Assembly: GCA_051294375.1 (NCBI GenBank)
Contig: CM119263.1
Coordinates: forward strand, 6,358,932-6,422,931
Direction: 5' to 3'
DNA length: 64,000 nucleotides
From: Paraspadella gotoi
Taxonomy: Eukaryota > Animalia > Chaetognatha
Numbering within the stretch: position 1 is the first letter of the stretch; the number at the start of each line of letters is the position of its first letter. Position numbers and translations under genes: made by a program. This document shows positions 62,519-64,000 of this stretch, piece by piece. The notes beneath the pieces are model-generated. The model saw only the letters and a list, made by a program, of their open reading frames with translations. It was not told the DNA's origin and did no database searches.

Positions 62519-64000
62519 ATGGCAGAACTCGACATCCAAACGGTTCGTCTTAAGAGGATTGACACTGGAACCCCCTGGGGTTTTCGATTACAAGGTAGTT
62601 ATTTTTTGTTCATTCTGACCATTTATTTCAAACAGTTGAATTTTTTTATTCATTTCATAAATATATGGGGTGTTCTGGTAAGGGTGGTTTAAGGTTAAGG
62701 AAGAGTAGAGTTAAGGTAGTTAGTAATAATATTTACTTATTTTTAAAAAAAAATGAAATTTAATGTATTGTTTCTTAAAAGAATCGAAAGTAAAATTTTA
62801 CCGAGTTTATAATTAACAAAATATATGGCTTTTAGTTTCTTTTAGTAAAAATTGATTTGCCTTCATTACTTGATTACTTAGCTTACCCTAATTCTGCTTA
62901 TTAATTTTTTTTTCTTGCATATCCTAATTATTTTAGGAGGCAAGGACTTTCACACGCCATTGTCCGTTCAGAAAGTCGCTGAGAAATCAATTGCGAAACG
63001 GGCCGGATTAAAAGAAGGCGATGCTATTCTTGCAATCGGCAAAGCAAAAACAGAAAATCTTGATCATGAGGAAGCAAAAATGGAAATTATACGTAATGGA
63101 AATGAACTCGAGTTTATCGGTTTGTGGTATTTTAAGGAAATCAATAATGTATAAACTGTAAAGCTGTAAACTGGTATGTGCAATTGTGCATACTTTCTAA
63201 TTCAACAATTTTTTTTCTAAACATTACAGTCCAGCGTGGTGCGGTCAAAATTTGGCAGCCTGAAGTGACGCCTATTTCGTCTTTGCGACCTAAAGAGTTT
63301 AATTTGAACAAGCCAATGGGCGAATCTCCACCTCCATTACAAAAAACCTCCTTGCAAGCCCATAAACCATCTTACGTTTCGATTGGCGTTACCCATAATA
63401 GAGCGCCCAAGGTATTTTAGCAATCCTATTTTTCTAAAAAGTTTGTGTGTTAACCAACTTATTTGCCTCAAATAAATTCTAGGGTTTTGCACCATCAGCA
63501 TCGGTTAATTTACCTGATAATAAGCAAATGATCCAGCAAGTCAACTCGCCAGCTTCCCTATATTCAGCCGAAAACGCAGCAGAAGCATTTACTAGTCAAA
63601 TGGGAGCACACGGTTTCAAAACTGAAGTTACGGGATTAAATCTTAATGATAAAAAACCAGCGATGCAGCACCGACCCTCGTTGTATGGAGAAGATGAAGG
63701 CAGCCATCCACAGGTTAAAATCAGGACTAATACTGATAGTAATAGGACTATAACTCTTTGATCATTTGCAATTGACTTATACTATAATTCTGGTTTTACT
63801 TAGGTTCAATCACGTTCTTTTATGATGCTGCAACAAGCCTTAGACGATTCTGAAGGGACACCGAATCTTCCAAGTTCTAGATGGTCAAAAGAGGGCGGGG
63901 TGAATGCTCCGAATCCAGAATTACCATGCCCTCAAGGGGTGACACCGATCAGGCCTGTGAAACCACCGACTCCAAAAGCTCCATCTGAAAAATTACCCCA
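62519..64000 (+). CDS. PDZ and LIM domain protein, ALP/Zasp-type, copy 2 (intact frame, truncated by window end)
   Basis: Exons 62519-62594, 62937-63119, 63230-63411, 63483-63713 and 63804->64000 splice into an uninterrupted frame MAELDIQTVRLKRIDTGTPWGFRLQGGKDFHTPLSVQKV...AGLKEGDAILAIG...QQVNSPASLYSAEN...VQSRSFMMLQQAL. Confidence 0.92.

Larger units (their letters stand above)
52944..64000 (+). repeat. ~6.6-kb tandem direct duplication (copy 1 52944-59537; copy 2 59538->64000)
   Basis: Both copies start at a poly-C run followed by AGCCGGGCAAAGGAAGG (52953 and 59549, offset 6596). They are near-identical, differing mostly by 1-bp indels. Confidence 0.95.

Overview
This is eukaryotic, animal-like genomic DNA from an error-prone, gap-filled draft assembly: it has GT-AG introns, abundant (GA)n/(CT)n and (GAC)n microsatellites, five 25-N gaps and many 1-bp indels. 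Most ORFs in the supplied track are microsatellite or antisense artefacts. Three spliced genes could be assembled by hand with consistent intron phases. (1) A minus-strand 7-exon orphan gene (13823->8120, ~1553 aa) with an N-terminal transmembrane helix, four ~105-aa helical repeats and a long disordered tail. (2) A plus-strand C3HC4 RING-finger gene (36212/36291->44835), possibly starting at 32939. (3) An ALP/Zasp-type PDZ-ZM-LIM gene (55927->59361) inside a ~6.6-kb tandem duplication, with a second copy from 62519 running off the window. There is also a weaker candidate WSC-like gene (~50670-51600). Non-coding highlights are a complete minimal type-I hammerhead ribozyme (52479-52521, minus), related Penelope-type pLTR fragments (57495-57697 as an inverted repeat; 48647-48746), a foldback MITE-like element, an intronic GTCACGTG/CRE motif cluster and a ~3.1-kb triplication that is probably an assembly artefact. 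All calls come from reading the sequence; no database searches were run.
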